Positions 15,801 to 29,239 of a stretch of DNA of 63,857 nucleotides are shown piece by piece; position 1 is the first letter of the stretch; every line of letters starts with the position of its first letter. This DNA is from Gracilinanus agilis (taxonomy: Eukaryota): positions 226,906,238 to 226,970,094 of the forward strand of contig NC_058135.1 in NCBI RefSeq assembly GCF_016433145.1, read 5' to 3'. The translations under genes were made by a program, and so were the position numbers. A model generated the notes under the pieces. That model saw only the letters and a program-made list of their open reading frames with translations. It did no database searches and was not told the origin of the DNA.

Positions 15801-15933
15801 CCTTTCCTGTTCCCAATTGGTGTGCCACCGCTGGGTTAGGGTCAGGAGTAGGGGGCGGGCTTGCTCGAGGGGAGTGTAGCACCTCCCTCTTATGATAGCC
15901 TGCTGGACTCCCGTAGGTCCTGCTTAGGCTGCT

Positions 15934-18900
15934 ATGGCCTCGGACGCCCCCGGGCCGACCGAGGAGTCGGGCCCAAGTTCTGATGGGTCGGACCTGGCGG
16001 TGAATCCCTATGACGGACTCCCTTTCTCATCCCGATACTACACTCTGTTGGCCCAGCGTCGTGCCCTCCCTGTCTGGGCTGCACGGTTTAGCTTCCTTGA
16101 GCAGCTGGAGAGCTGCCCCAGCGGTGTGGTGCTGGTGTCCGGGGAGCCTGGCTGCGGCAAGAGCACCCAGGTGGAAAGTGGGGGGATTGCGGGGGGGGGG
16201 GGGAGAGGCGGGGCCTGGGTGAGTGGAAGGGAGGAGTAGGGGCTGAGACAACCCCACCACCACCAGAATGCATGCATTAACGTCCACCCGGACTTCTTGA
16301 GTGACTGAAGAGGTGGAGTTTGGGACAGTGATCTCACCTGCGTAATTAAAAACCTGACAGAAGGCTTGTCTATTGACTCACCAACTAGATTCCTCAGTGG
16401 TGTGCTGAGTTTGCTCTGGCCAGGGGATTCCAGTATGGCCGGGTGACTGTCTCCCAACCACAGCCTTTGGCTGCCCTGAGCCTGGCTCTTCGAGTAGCTG
16501 ATGAAATGGACCTAAGCTTGGGCCATGAAGTTGGCTACAGCATCCCTTTGGAGGATTGCACTGGACCAGACACCCTGCTCAGGTGGGGTGCCCCAAATAT
16601 CTGCCAGTCAGCCCATTCCCCTGTCCAGTAGCTAACCCAGTCTTCCCTTCAGCCCTAACACTTCTTAGAAGAAATCACCTGGACCTTAATTACTATCGAT
16701 ACCAGCCTGTCTCCATCTGCTTTATACTACCTGTCTCTGGTCTCAACCAAACTCTTGTCACTTCACCCAGGGAGGCAAGCCCTTCCCCAGCTATGTCACC
16801 TTTCTATCTGTGGAAGTCAACAGATCTCAAAATTTTCTGAACCAAAAAGGGCATTGTGTAATAAGATCACAACATTGAGGTAGCACAGTCAGTAGGACCT
16901 AGTCAGATCCCACTTCTGTGGTCCTCTGACTTTCACTTAACCTATTCACTTAACCTATCTGGGCCCCAGTTTTTCACCTAAGAGGGAATTAGGCTGTGGC
17001 ACCTCCTTTCTAGTTCAAAATCAGCAATCATATCCTGACTCATATAGCACAAAGCTTAAATACTGGGGAGGTGACTGCCACACCTCTAGGGCAGGCCATG
17101 TTTCAGCCTGGCATCTATCTACTCTTGCCTTCCTTTCACTTTGTTGGCAGGTTCTGCTGGGACAAGCTGCTATTACAGGAAGCAGCCTCAGCTCGAGGAG
17201 CAGGAGGTTGGGGTGTTCTGGTGCTGGACGAGGCCCAAGAGCGATCAGTGGCTTCTGATGTGCTACAAGGTTTATTGCGGGATGCAGGGTTGGGGAATCG
17301 CCTTGAAGGCCCACGAGTAGTTGTGGTCACTGATCCAGCCTTTGAACCCAAGCTCTGTGCCTTTTGGGGTAACCCTCCTGTGGTTCGGGTGGCCCTGGGG
17401 CCTGAAGAGGGCCCTATTCCTGTGTACAAGGATCCTGCTCCCACTGATGTGGTGGGTGCCGCCTGCCAGGCTGTACTGGAGTTACACCAGGGTGGGGCTC
17501 CAGGGGATGTGCTGGTCTACCTGCCCAGTGAGGAGGTGAGTGGGATCATGAGTCACTGAAGTAGAAGTCTTAAGAGTCAGTACCTTCTTTTAACGCCAGC
17601 CCCTTCCCACCTTTCCACAGGACATTTCAAGGTGCTGCGAGTGTCTTAGAAAGGAGGCAGAGCACTTGGGTCCCCAGGTGACCCCATTTCAGGTGCTGCC
17701 ACTGCATACTGGGCTTGGCCGGGAAGTACAGGCTGTGTATGAGGATGTGGAAGGCAGTCCACGGAAGATCGTGGTCACACATTGGCTGGCTAATTCATCT
17801 TTCTCTCTCCCCTCAATCCACCACGTCGTTGACTCAGGACTGGAGCTTCGAAATGTGAGGGACAGGGTCTCTGCCTTTGAGTAGGGAATGGGGATGGGAG
17901 TGGAAAGGCCTGGCTGGGCCATAAATGGTAAACACCGATGTGTGTTTGGGCCCTGTGGGAGATAGGTTTACAATCCTCAAATCAGAGCAGAGTCCCAAGT
18001 GATGAGACCCATCAGCAAAAGCCAAGCAGAAGCCAGGAGGCTGAGGACTAAAGGCTCCCCACTAGGTAAGAGCCCATTTGTTCCATCTGAATTCCAAAGC
18101 AAGGACCCTCCCAAATGAGGGGAGAAATGACAATCTCTCTGAATCCATTTTCTCCCTTCAGGATCCTGCCTCCGCCTATATCCTAAGTCTTTTTTAGAGC
18201 TAAGAACCCCCTTACTTCCTCCACCCCGGATATGTGAGGAGAATCTGAGCAGACTCGTGCTACTGCTGAAGAGGAGACACATTGCAGAGCCAGGAGAGTG
18301 TCACTTTCTGGACCGGCCTGGTGAGACAGCTCCCTCCCTGTGAATAAGGGAGCTTCTGGGCCCTTCCAAAGCTCTTCCTGCTCTGATGCTCTCCCTTGTC
18401 CTTTCCTAGCCCCAGAGGCTCTAATGCAGGCTCTGGAAGACCTAGATTATCTGGCTGCCCTGGATGATGATGGAGATCTGTCAGACCTTGGGGTCATTCT
18501 CTCTGAGCTCCCTCTGCCCCCCGAGCTAGCGAAGGCCCTGCTGGCTGCCTGTGAATTTGACTGCGTGGATGAGATGTTAACCCTAGCAGCAATGCTTACC
18601 AGTAAGAACATGCTCCATGTTTCCAGTCATTACAGCTATCCCAGATGTTCTCTTCCTGTCTTTGTAGCTTAGCTCCAAGAGAAACAACAGTCCTCCCTGC
18701 TCCACCCCTCACCGTGTTCTGTCCCCCCACACCCTTGCAGCTGCCCCTGGGTTTGAGGGCCCCCCACTGTGTGCAGAGGAGGCTGCCCAACGACGAGCAC
18801 TGGAGCATCCAGATGGGGACCACAGCACCCTCATTCAAGTGTACGAGGCCTTTATACAGAGTGAGTGAGTGCCTTTTTCTCGCCCTCCTCCCCCAGCAGT

Positions 18901-19867
18901 CCATTCATGGTTTCCCCAAGGTTTCCTGGTAACAGTAATACGCGTAGGGTTTGTGGGCCGGGGGACTAGCAAAAACACTTAGGAAGGCCTGGAGATGTGG
19001 GGCAGATCGGGACGGCTGTAATGGTCCATTCCTATTTCCTCTAGGTGGAGAAGACGAGAACTGGTGCCGGGCCCGGGGGCTGAGCTGGGCAGCATTGTGC
19101 CAGGCCCGGGCACTGCGGGGGGAGCTCCTGGAACTGATGCGTCGAATTGAACTTCCCCTGTCTCCACCAGCATTTGGCTCTGAACAGAATCGAAAAAATC
19201 TTCAGAGAGCTCTGGTGTCAGGGTACTTCCTCAAGGTGTGGTGGGGGGGGGGGCTGAAGGGGATGAGGACACTTGGGGGGGTCATCTGGGGTCAGTAAGG
19301 CCCACCTCCACCCCGGGGCCTCAGGGCTAAGGGGGTGGGTCATCCCTGTCTCCCAACCCCCTTCTGCCACTACCCTTTCTTCTACCTGCCCCTTTGGCCG
19401 CCCTTACTCAGGTGGCTCGAGACACGGACGGGGCTGGCAATTACCTGCTCCTGACCCACAAGCACGTGGCCCAGCTGTCCCCATCCTGCTGCTATCGAAG
19501 TCGACGCCCCCCAGCCCAGCCCCCACCCTGGGTGATCTACCACAACTTTTCCATCTCCCAAGACAACTGCCTCTCCATTGTGTCTGAGATCGAGCCCCAC
19601 ATGTGAGTCCCTTCCCGCTCGCTTCTCCTCCCCGGGGCCATCTCTGGGGAAAGGGACGTGTAGAGGATAGCAGAGGTGACCGAGCACCTTTCCCGTCTCA
19701 GGCTCGTGGAGCTGGCCCCTTCCTACTTCCTGAGTAACTTGCCTCCCAGCGAGAGCCGAGACCTTCTGAATCAGCTAAGGGAAGAAATGACGGGGGTCTC
19801 CTCAGGGAATGAGCCTCCCACCCAGGACCTCCACCTAGATGACAAGGATGCCTGCGCCTTGCAGTGA
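15934..19867 (+). CDS. DQX1: DEAQ-box RNA-dependent ATPase 1
   Basis: Exons 15934-16170, 16389-16582, 17151-17535, 17621-17854, 17966-18065, 18162-18320, 18410-18601, 18741-18860, 19045-19235, 19412-19602, 19702-19867 (TGA). Walker [10 protein letters not shown], diagnostic LDEAQER, HA2-like [15 protein letters not shown]. Confidence 0.96.
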
Positions 19868-20329
19868 CCTCTGCCTACGGAGATGACCCACCGCCACCAG
19901 TGGCCCCCGCCTGCCCCAGGGACGAGACAGAGGGGGGCCCCCACATCTGTCCTGAGCCTTAGGGCAAAGTCTAAAGCCAACAAGTGGGGCCTGGTAAATT
20001 GTATGACTTGGAGTGACAGAGCATGGGTGTGCAGGGAATACGGTGTAGGGGCTATTACTACTGGGTTCAAACAAGAAGGGGCTCCAGCTGGGGAGGAGAA
20101 GAAGCTCATTAACCCAAAGCCAGACTTCTGTGGGCAGCCAAACCCCCATCCTCAGCCTGTCCTTTGTTGTTGGAGAAGAGTTCACGTGCCCTCTTTCCTC
20201 TCTCCCCTAATCCCCAGCCCCTCATAAAGCTTTTTCTATGCCTAGATTTTTCTGGACTTCTTCTTGGACACCTTATATACTGTGAACATAAGGAGTTGGT
20301 GATCCTGGGGTCAGGGGCAACGGTGGTGT

Positions 20330-20580
20330 ATTGGCAGCTAGGAGCTGAAATGGATAGAGCCACAGGCCTGGAAGAGGAGAAATTCCTGAGTTCAAATCCA
20401 GCTTCATAAACTAGTTGTATGCCCTTAGGCAAGTCACTTAACCTCTGTTGGCCTCTGTTACCTCATCTGCAAAATGGTGATAATAATAGCACCTACCTCA
20501 CAGGGTTGTTGTGAGGATAAATGCAATAATAATTTTAAAGTGTTAGCACAGTGCCCAGTACATGCTAAGCAATATATATT
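20330..20580 (+). mobile_element. MIR/Ther-type SINE downstream of DQX1
   Basis: gagttcaaatccagcttca...ggcaagtcacttaacctctg...catctgcaaaatgg...agggttgttgtgaggataaatg. Confidence 0.75.
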
Positions 20581-23570
20581 AGTTGATGATTATGATTATT
20601 ATCTCCAAGACCCAGGTTCACTCTACCTCATCCTGTCCCAGCCTGTGTCCTTAAGGGCCCCCTGAACTGGTGGTGAAAGCTGATGGATGGTTTGGTGAGG
20701 GCCAGCTTTGGCCTTCCCTAGAAAAACACTTAAGTTTTATAATAGAAGCTGTCAGGTTCCCAAAGGCTTGCTATCAGCCATCACAAGTCCCAGAAATTCC
20801 CTATTCAGCCTTCTTTCCTACCATGCTCAAAACCCAGTGCTACAGCTTTGAAAAGGAAGCAGCAAAACTAAAGTAGACCCAGCCCTGGCTCACCCCATGA
20901 CCAGTCAATAGAGGCTTTGGCCCCATTTAGCTTGCCAGTCTTGCTTCCAGGGACTTGGATCCCCTTACTTACACATCATGTTCAGTCCCTTTATTCTTCT
21001 TGTTTTCAAGCTCCATTTCCATCAAACAAAGACTTGTTTCCCTTGCCTCTGACATCTTTCCCTTTTTCCCAGGTTCTGCCCGACCTTGTACTTGGAGACC
21101 GTTGTAATTAATGCACCCTCTTCACACACACACACACACACTTTTCCTTCTCTGAGCCATCCCAATTCCCTACCGCCTTCACCAGCCAAGGGAAAGATTC
21201 TAACCTCTCTTGTAAGCAAATATCCACTGCCACCATCAGCATAGACAGCTGGAAGAGATTTCAGAGACACGATATCCTCTTCTCGGTCTGCTTTTCTGAG
21301 TCCTTCTCTGGGTGCCCTCTAAGACAGCTCCTCTGTTCTTCTCTTGAACCTGACTGGTCCCCTCTTGCATTTTCCATGACTACATCTCATTCATCCCTAG
21401 ATCCATAACTGTCCCCAGCATTGAATCCCTGGCCTGGGCACTCTACAGCATCTCTGCTGGGCTCATTCAGTTTTTCCCAACTTCACGTCTCTTTCCCCTT
21501 TTCACACCATTGTTCTCCCACACCCACAAGGGGGAATTAGCTTTGATCATCCTTCACCCTCTTATTTCCAGGCTGTCAAAAGGCCAGTGAATGTTAAAAA
21601 GTCTCACAGTTGGCCCTTCTTGAATCCATAACCCAAGCCCTAGACTTTATGGCTCTGTGGCTGGACTGATGTCTCCCTGTTTGCTATCCCAGGAGATACT
21701 TGTGGCTGGCCTGTAATACGTTGGATCTAAATGTTAGCTGTTACTATTAGTCTCTTCCTTTTCTAATCTAGCCGGCAGGTGCTGCAAGTTTTACTTCTCA
21801 ATACTGCTACTCTGTTTGAAAATCACAATGAATGTCTTTGCTGTCAAGCCTTTCTCAGTGATTCTTTCAGATGCACCCCTGCATCTGATTAGACTTGTTC
21901 AGGCACACCCCGCTGTTTTCCTGTCCTCAGTGACAATCGTCTCTCTTTTTTGTCCATCTTAGAGCCTCTGCCTCCACCTTCCTACTGACCCTTCTCCCTG
22001 CCCCCTTTCCCCCCCCCCCCAACCCATCGGGAACTTCCCATCCACATACTTCAGAATGGTCAAGCCCTCCCTTATTGTGGCCCCCAAGTCACAACTGCTC
22101 ATGCCCCAACGGCACCCACTCAAACGTACGCTTCATGGCCACGTGCTCCCCTCTAACGGTCATTAACACCCAGACATAATACACCCCCCCCAGGCCCTAA
22201 GGGTCACGTGCCTTCTACACTGCGACCCCTCTCCTAACCGTCCTGGTCGTGGTCCCTCGAGGCTCCCGACACACGCTCACACCCCCTCTTCCTGCAGTCA
22301 CCCTTCTGCCCAGTGCCCGCTCTGTCCCGTTTCCTCCTCTCCCCTTAGGTGTGCTTGGCAAAGGAACCAGAATGGCAGGTTCCCCAGGGCGCAGGTGGAC
22401 AGACTAGGGCTGCCGGACCGGCATCCTAACCCTCTCACCTCACTGCCCCTCGTTGGTGGCCATTGGCCAATTCTTCTCAGTCAGTCCCACCTCCTAATCT
22501 CATTGGTCTGTTCCGCTCGGCCTAGTTAGTCCAACCACTTCTCTACCACACCAGGTAGAAAGGGGAGCCCGAGGGCAGAAATTTGGGCGTCACAGACTTC
22601 GTGCTGAACCGAGAGCTGAGCCGAGCCGAGGCGTGGAGCGACGTGGTTGCCACTTAGGGAATCCTAGACCTAGGCTCCCCAACTCTTAAAACCATGTGAG
22701 CCCTCGAATCCGCAATGGGAGCAGCGATGCAACAACGGAGGGGAGGAGAGGGAACGGGAGGGAGAAAGGGAAGGGGAGGAACCTCTTCCTTCCAGGGGAG
22801 CGGGGGTCTCCTTTAGGGAACTGAGAAAGGAACCTACCCGGGGCCACAAAGTGTGATCCTGCCTCACGGGCTCTTTATTCCCCGAACTAATCATTTAAGG
22901 AGAGAGGAAGAGGGGAAAGGGGCTCGTAGGAAAGGCATGTCTGGGCCGGTTCCCCGGCCCCCGTGCCCTACTGTTGAATTCCGAGCATCTGTGGCCGCAA
23001 GATGCCAGTGAGCTTGGCCCACCGACTCCAGCTTAACTTAGTGGAGACACGGCGCGGGATCCTGCCCCGTCGAGACCTGGGACTTGGCCTCCAGTAGGGA
23101 GGGGAAAGGGATGAGGTGTCTGGTAAATGATGGAGGGGGGCTGGGACTAGTCTGGGAGAGGAGGACCGTGGGTACAGGAGGGTTGAAGACCGGGTCCTCT
23201 CCCGGCAGGAGTCACAGTGTCTAGCCAGGTCCTGTTAGGGGCGCAGTGTGTTGGTACCTCCGTGCATGGACAGTTGGTGGCCAAGGACCGTCTGGCTCTG
23301 TAAAAGTGGGTATAGGTGACAGGCCAACTCTGCAGGAGGCAAAGCGTCCAACCAGGTCCAGGTAGGAGTCCCAAATCTGACCTGTCTGTGCAGGGGGGCG
23401 GGGGTCTGGTATGACAAGACGAAATGTCCCCCTCCGAGTGGTGTCTGGTCAATCCTACAGAAGGCACAGTGTCCGGTCTATGGAGAGGCTCTAGGGATGC
23501 GGATGCAATGTTTGGCCTAGTCCTGGAGGGTGTGGGAATGTATCGCCCAGGCTCTGAACTAGGGTCCCCC

Positions 23571-26310
23571 TCAGACAACGGAGGCTAAGCCAGACACCGA
23601 TGCGACCTTGTTGTCCTCCGCCCAGGGTTGCAGATTCTGCAGCGCAAACAGTGAGGAGTTGTGGAGACACAGAGGGTCCGGAGGCAGTGGTGGCCGCAGT
23701 GGCCTGGGCAGGGAGTCCTGCTGGAGGTGCAGGAGCAGCCTCCCTGCACGGTGCCTCTCGGCCTCCCGCTCTTCGGCAGTCTGCCGCCTGCATCAGGAGA
23801 CCAGAGTTAGCCTAGAGGGTCGGAAGAACCGCCCCTCCAAGCCTTGCCGCACCCCCCCCACCCCCCAATAGAGAGAGAACGAGAAGATTGCGGCTCCAAG
23901 CAAGAAGACGCAGGCTCAGCAGGCTCCCCGCTGTTTCTGCCCACCTCTGCTTTCCTCCCCTGAATCCCCTCACACCGCAGCGCGCCCTGGTCTCCCCTGC
24001 CGCGGCTATCCTGTCCTCACCGCCACTTGGTCCGCCGGTTCTGGAACCACGTTTTGACCTGCGCGTCCGTCATGCGCAGGGCCTTGGCTAGCGCCGCTCT
24101 CTCGGCAGAGGCCAGGTACTTCTGGCGCAAGAAGCGCCGCTCTAGCTCCAGCACCTGCGCCCGGGAAAAGGATGTGCGCGGCTTCTTTCGCTTAGGAGGC
24201 GTCCGGTTCTGGTAAGGGTGGCCCACGCGACGGGCCCCAGAGAACGGGGACAGCGCAGCTGGGGGGAGGGGAAAGCAGAGGGTCCCAGCTCAGTCTCAAG
24301 TCAGCCCGGGGCCGCTGCTCTCAGCGAGCCACAGCAGGTGGGAGTGCTGGCAATCTGGACTACCTAACCCTCCTCCCATCGCCCCCTGCGCAGGCTCTGG
24401 AGCACCGGACCCGTCACTTAGGTCTCCTTACCAAGCCGACCCCAGCTTAGAATCATGTAACAGGCACTCCTGGTTTCCCCACTTCCCACCCCATCCCCAC
24501 AACACTTCCTGGATGCTGAGCCAGTCCCTATCTCCGGAGCAGTCATTTCTTGACTGAAGGAGATGACTCCCAGAGGCAGGGGAAGGAGACAAATGAATAA
24601 CGTGGGAATGAAGTGCTCGTCCCCAGGACCCAGTTCTGACCCATAGGGCAGACCTGCTGGGGAGCAGAGGATGGTGAGGGTCACATTACACCGAGTTCCC
24701 ATATGTCCATAGCCCCCAGCAGTTACGAGTATTTTAGCACTCATAACTGAACCTCTCCCGGAGACTTCCCCCATCTCGATGTCTAGTCCTAGTGGCTGCC
24801 TCAAACTATTCTGAGTCTCTAAAGCATTTTCGGATTCCCTCTAATTATCTTGACCCAGAAAGGGCCAAACTCCTCCTCCCTTTAATTTGGAGACCCCCTC
24901 CTCTCCCTTCAGTAGAGCCAAGCTGAGAGGATCACGATTCCATTACCAAGGAAGGCCATCTTACCGTCCTACCAGCCTGGCCCATCTCCTTAGGTGTCAA
25001 GGCCTGAGATTAGGGAAAAGTGAAGGAGGGTTTAGTGGGAGTTGGGGTGAGGGGAGAGGGTCAGAAAATTCGGGAGTTAGTAATGTGTAGCTATCTAGCT
25101 GGAGAAATTGAGATTTCAAGAATAATCTGGGGACAGAGGGCTAAATGGAGGCAGGTTCCGATCAGTAGGGGAGGAATTGAGGGCTAGAGAAAGCTGTTGG
25201 TGGGAGAGGAAATGGCATCTTTGGATGGGTCCTAAAATTTGGAGTTGTCAAGAAATGGATTAAGGGTGGAGTATTGTAGAAAGTGGTCTAGCGGTAGAGG
25301 ATTTTAGAATTAGGTGGAGGAGGGCAAAGACGATAAAGGAATGAAAAATCTAATGGTGAAGTTGGGAGAAAGACTAAATCAAGAACAAGGAAGGAAGTGG
25401 GAGTCTTTAGTGTTGAAGAATTAAGGGGCAGAATTTATAGGAATTTCCGTCCATTTTGAGAAGAAGGGTTTTGAGCTAGGTCGTCCTGGATTTGAAGATT
25501 TTAAAAAATGTGTGCCCAGGGATACGGTATTCCTAGGAATACGAATTTGGGGGAGTAAAGGATTCCCCAAGGGCATTTTGAAATTAGGAAAAAGATGGGA
25601 GGGGTGATTTTACACATAAAAGTAGGATTGGAAATTGAAGGCTAGGAAATACTACTTTGGGAAGGTCACTTTGCACTGTGAGGGGTTTGCAGGCCAATCG
25701 GGGGGAAGAGTTTGATGTGATGATTCCTGAGGCTGTCCTGGGATGGATGAGGAAGGGAGGATTAGGAAAGGGAGAACTTAAAAATACTAAAGGAGAGTTT
25801 CAGAGTATCTAGTAGAAGGAGTGATGCACCGGAAAGGAAGGAATCTTGAGTGAAGCAGGATGGGGCTGGAGGTGAAGAAAGCCTGCCCCACCCCACCCCC
25901 TCACCTGTGAGCCGGTCCTTGGCAAAACGGCGGCTGCTGTCCATCCAAGGGAAGGTAAAGCCAGATAGGCCACCTCCAGCGCCTAGGCCGGGGGTGCCTG
26001 GGGCTGCAGCCGGGCCCCCGGTGGGGGGTGGCACGGGGAGGGGCCGATGGGCGGGGACGCGGATGACGCCCCCCGCCGACCCCCCGCCATGACTCCCCGG
26101 AAGAGAGGTTAATGAGCACGAGGGGCCATAGCCCGAGGGCCCAGCGAATCCACCAGTGTACAGAGCACCCTCCGCTTGCCCCACGCGACCGGGACCTGGG
26201 CCAAGGCAGCTGCTGCCGGGGGGCTCGGGGCCGCTCAGGATCTGGTCGATGCCGAAGCTGATGGGCTCATGGTGCTGGAGGGTCTGCGGTGCTAGTCCGA
26301 CCGGATCCAT
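23571..26310 (-). CDS. TLX2: T-cell leukemia homeobox 2
   Basis: Exons 26310-25905, 24258-24021, 23787-23571 (TGA). eh1 motif FGIDQIL, FPWM hexapeptide, homeodomain [20 protein letters not shown]...[12 protein letters not shown]-terminus [11 protein letters not shown]. Minus-strand AATAAA at 22874-22879. Confidence 0.97.
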
Positions 26311-29239
26311 GGGGAAAGGACCTGTCAGTACTTGGTCGTGTGGTGGAGGTGAGGAAGGAGAGTCCGGAGGGCTTGCCGTTATACGGGCGGCCTCGGGCGC
26401 TCAGGGGCCCGCGGGCTCCGGGAGCATCTTCTTTAGGCGCTGCCCGGGTCCGGACCTGTGCCTGTTGCCCTGCGGCCCAAAGGGGCCGCCATCCCTGGTC
26501 GGGACTGGGAGTGGGGTAGCTCCCGGACCCGAGACCCCGGGGCCCTGACCCCGAACTTGGCTGGCGTCCGGGCTCCGGGGCTCGAGACCGATGGACACCC
26601 AGATAGACGGACACTGGGCTGCGGCTGCCCAAGTCCGGGGTGGCTTGGGTTGGCCAGCTCTGGAGAAGACTGACAGCTCGGCCCCCGGGGGCGGGGCGGG
26701 GCCGGACCGGCTCGTTAAAGGGAAAGAGCCGCCTGTTTGCGCCGAGGTGTGTGGGGCGGATGGCGGGTGGGGGAGCAGACGCCGAGCCTAGTGGAGGGGG
26801 AGGCGGGGGAGGTCAGCTGGGGTGGGGGTGCGCTCTGAGCTTAGCTTGGGGCCGCGCCCGGCAGGCAGGAGTAGGGGGAAGGGGGAAGAAGAGGGAAAAG
26901 GTGAAGGCCTCTCTCCTACCAGCCCTTTGCCTCAGCAGCAGGTGCCTTGAAGTTGTCTGGCTAGGAGGTGCAGCCAGGCTGGCATGCCAAGCCCGAGGCC
27001 CCAGCTACATTCGAAAGAGGGCCTGAGTCGGGCAGAACCTCTTAGCGACCCCAGATTCGTTTAGGTTCCAGGCCCGGCTAGCTTCAAGCCAGGATCTCGT
27101 TGGGTCTGGCCAGGAACTGGTGTTACTAGAGGCCCCGGGGGGAAGGAAGGACAGCTGGTGATGGCCTAAACCCTGACTGGGGCCTCTGGGTGCGACAGGG
27201 TGGGGGGTCGAGCTGGGCGCCGATGAGAGATGCTAGCAGGGCCAGATTGTCAGTGCCCGCTGCCACGCAGTTCGAGGGCCCCAGTAGAAGCGAATGGGGT
27301 GGGGCTGGAGAAGCGACCTTGGGGATAGGCTGCACTTGCTGACTTCGTTCGAGGAGGCCCCAAAGTGCACTGTTAGGCTTCACTCGGGGGCCAGTTCCCC
27401 CCATTTCTAGGGATTTCGATTTCTTGGGATCAGACCAAAGGTGACAGTGCAGCGCCGCAGCCTCTATCGCTTGCCACTTGTTCTTGCAGCCAGCAGAGTC
27501 TACCGTGACCCAAGGAGAATCCTTCCCTGCAGGAGCTCATTCCCCATCCAACCTAACTGCGGCTGGGACCCTTTCACCTGCCTTCTCGGGATTTGGGAAA
27601 GGGACTAGGAACTGCCTGGCCTGGGGCCTGTCAGGGATATGGAGTTTTTCCGCAACCCGCGACTCTTCCAGTGAACCGGGAGTCCTATGATATTGGGCTT
27701 AATTCCATCCTCAGTCCTGGTAAAAGGGAGCCGGGAGCTCAACTGGAAAATTGGAATTTAGGAGGTTCGAACCTTGACTTCGGTCCCAAGAGCGGGATGG
27801 TGGGGAGCTGGGAAGGAGTGCGCTCTGCATGCCTGCCCCTCCTTCCCGGGAAGGGGACCCCCGGCCCTGCCTCCGCCCTCACACCCCCACCACCGCCACC
27901 CCCAGACCCGCCCCGCCGCCGCCCGGCCCCGCGCAGGCTGTGGTAATCGGGTTAGCGGCGCTGGAATTACATTACCTTCCCCAGCCCGGCCGGGCCCCGG
28001 GGGGGCCTGGCGCCTTCGAGCCGGTCAGACAGGGAGCGGGGAGGGGGTGCAACTTCTTCTCCCGGTGGACCCCTGTAGTCTCCCCAGGGTCTTTTCCCCC
28101 ATCCTGGCTCTCCTGGCCTCAGGCTACTTGCCTTCCCCAGAGGGGCTGGACATCGTCCCTGTCCCGGTTCCCCATCTTTCCGACCATCTGGGGTTAGACG
28201 CTGGGTCCCTTGGATTCAGATCCCCCATTTTCAGAGAGATTTGGTTCCATCCCGGTGGCACGGAGTGGGCACTCAGGAAGCCCGGAGGGCGGGGGTGGGG
28301 AATTGATTGACTGATTAGTTCATGGCAACCCTTTCCTCCCTTCCTCCTCCCTTCCCAGCAGATGGGCCAGCAGCCGGGGCGCCTGGGGCTGAACAGAGAG
28401 GGCAGAGGCTTCTCTCCCCGGATCCATCAGCTCTTTTAAGCGTCTGGTACAGAAAAAAAAAAAAAGCTGGGATAGGGAGAGTTCCCTAAATTCCTGGGTG
28501 CTACTCCCACCCCACTCATACAATCAATACCCAAACTGTTAAGAATACCAATAATTTACATTTCTTTGGCACTTAAAGTTAACAAGGGGTGTTTGTACTA
28601 CAACCCCGATATGAGGAAACTGAGACTCAGAAGGGGAAGTCACTCGTTTAGGAAGTGGCAGGGTCCGAACAGGTTCTGATATGATGGTAAAATTTAATGC
28701 AGGATGGGTCCAACCACCTAATGTCTGGGGAAATCAGGATGGGTTTAATCCTCTGGGAGAAGAGCCCCATGTGTAGAGCCCTTAAGTGTAGTCCTTAGAG
28801 AGGAGGGAGAAAGAGTGTAGGCTCTAGGATTGACTATCCTAGAACAGGGATCAGAGATGACAAAAGGGTAGCTAATATTGATATTTCCTTCCCATCAGCC
28901 AGTCCTTCTGTAATCCAACGGCCTCTTTGCTCTTTCTTGTCTCCCCTCACTCTGCCTTTTAAGCCTTCCAAGCTCCAGAAAATGTTCCAAATTCTTCTTT
29001 CCTTCTTGGCTGCCCTGGAAGAGAAATCGATCTCACAAGTGACTCCCAACTCATTTTCACTAAGGAACCCAGGGAATGTGCAGCTGATTGGGGGAAAGGG
29101 GAAGACATCAATAGACAAGGAGGAATGAGAAAAACCATGGATGGGGAAAGCAGCAGGAGGAGGAACTGTATGTAACAAACCAAGCAGAACTGCCCCTCTA
29201 TCCATTCATGCTGACCCACTTACACATGGACCCTCCTGC

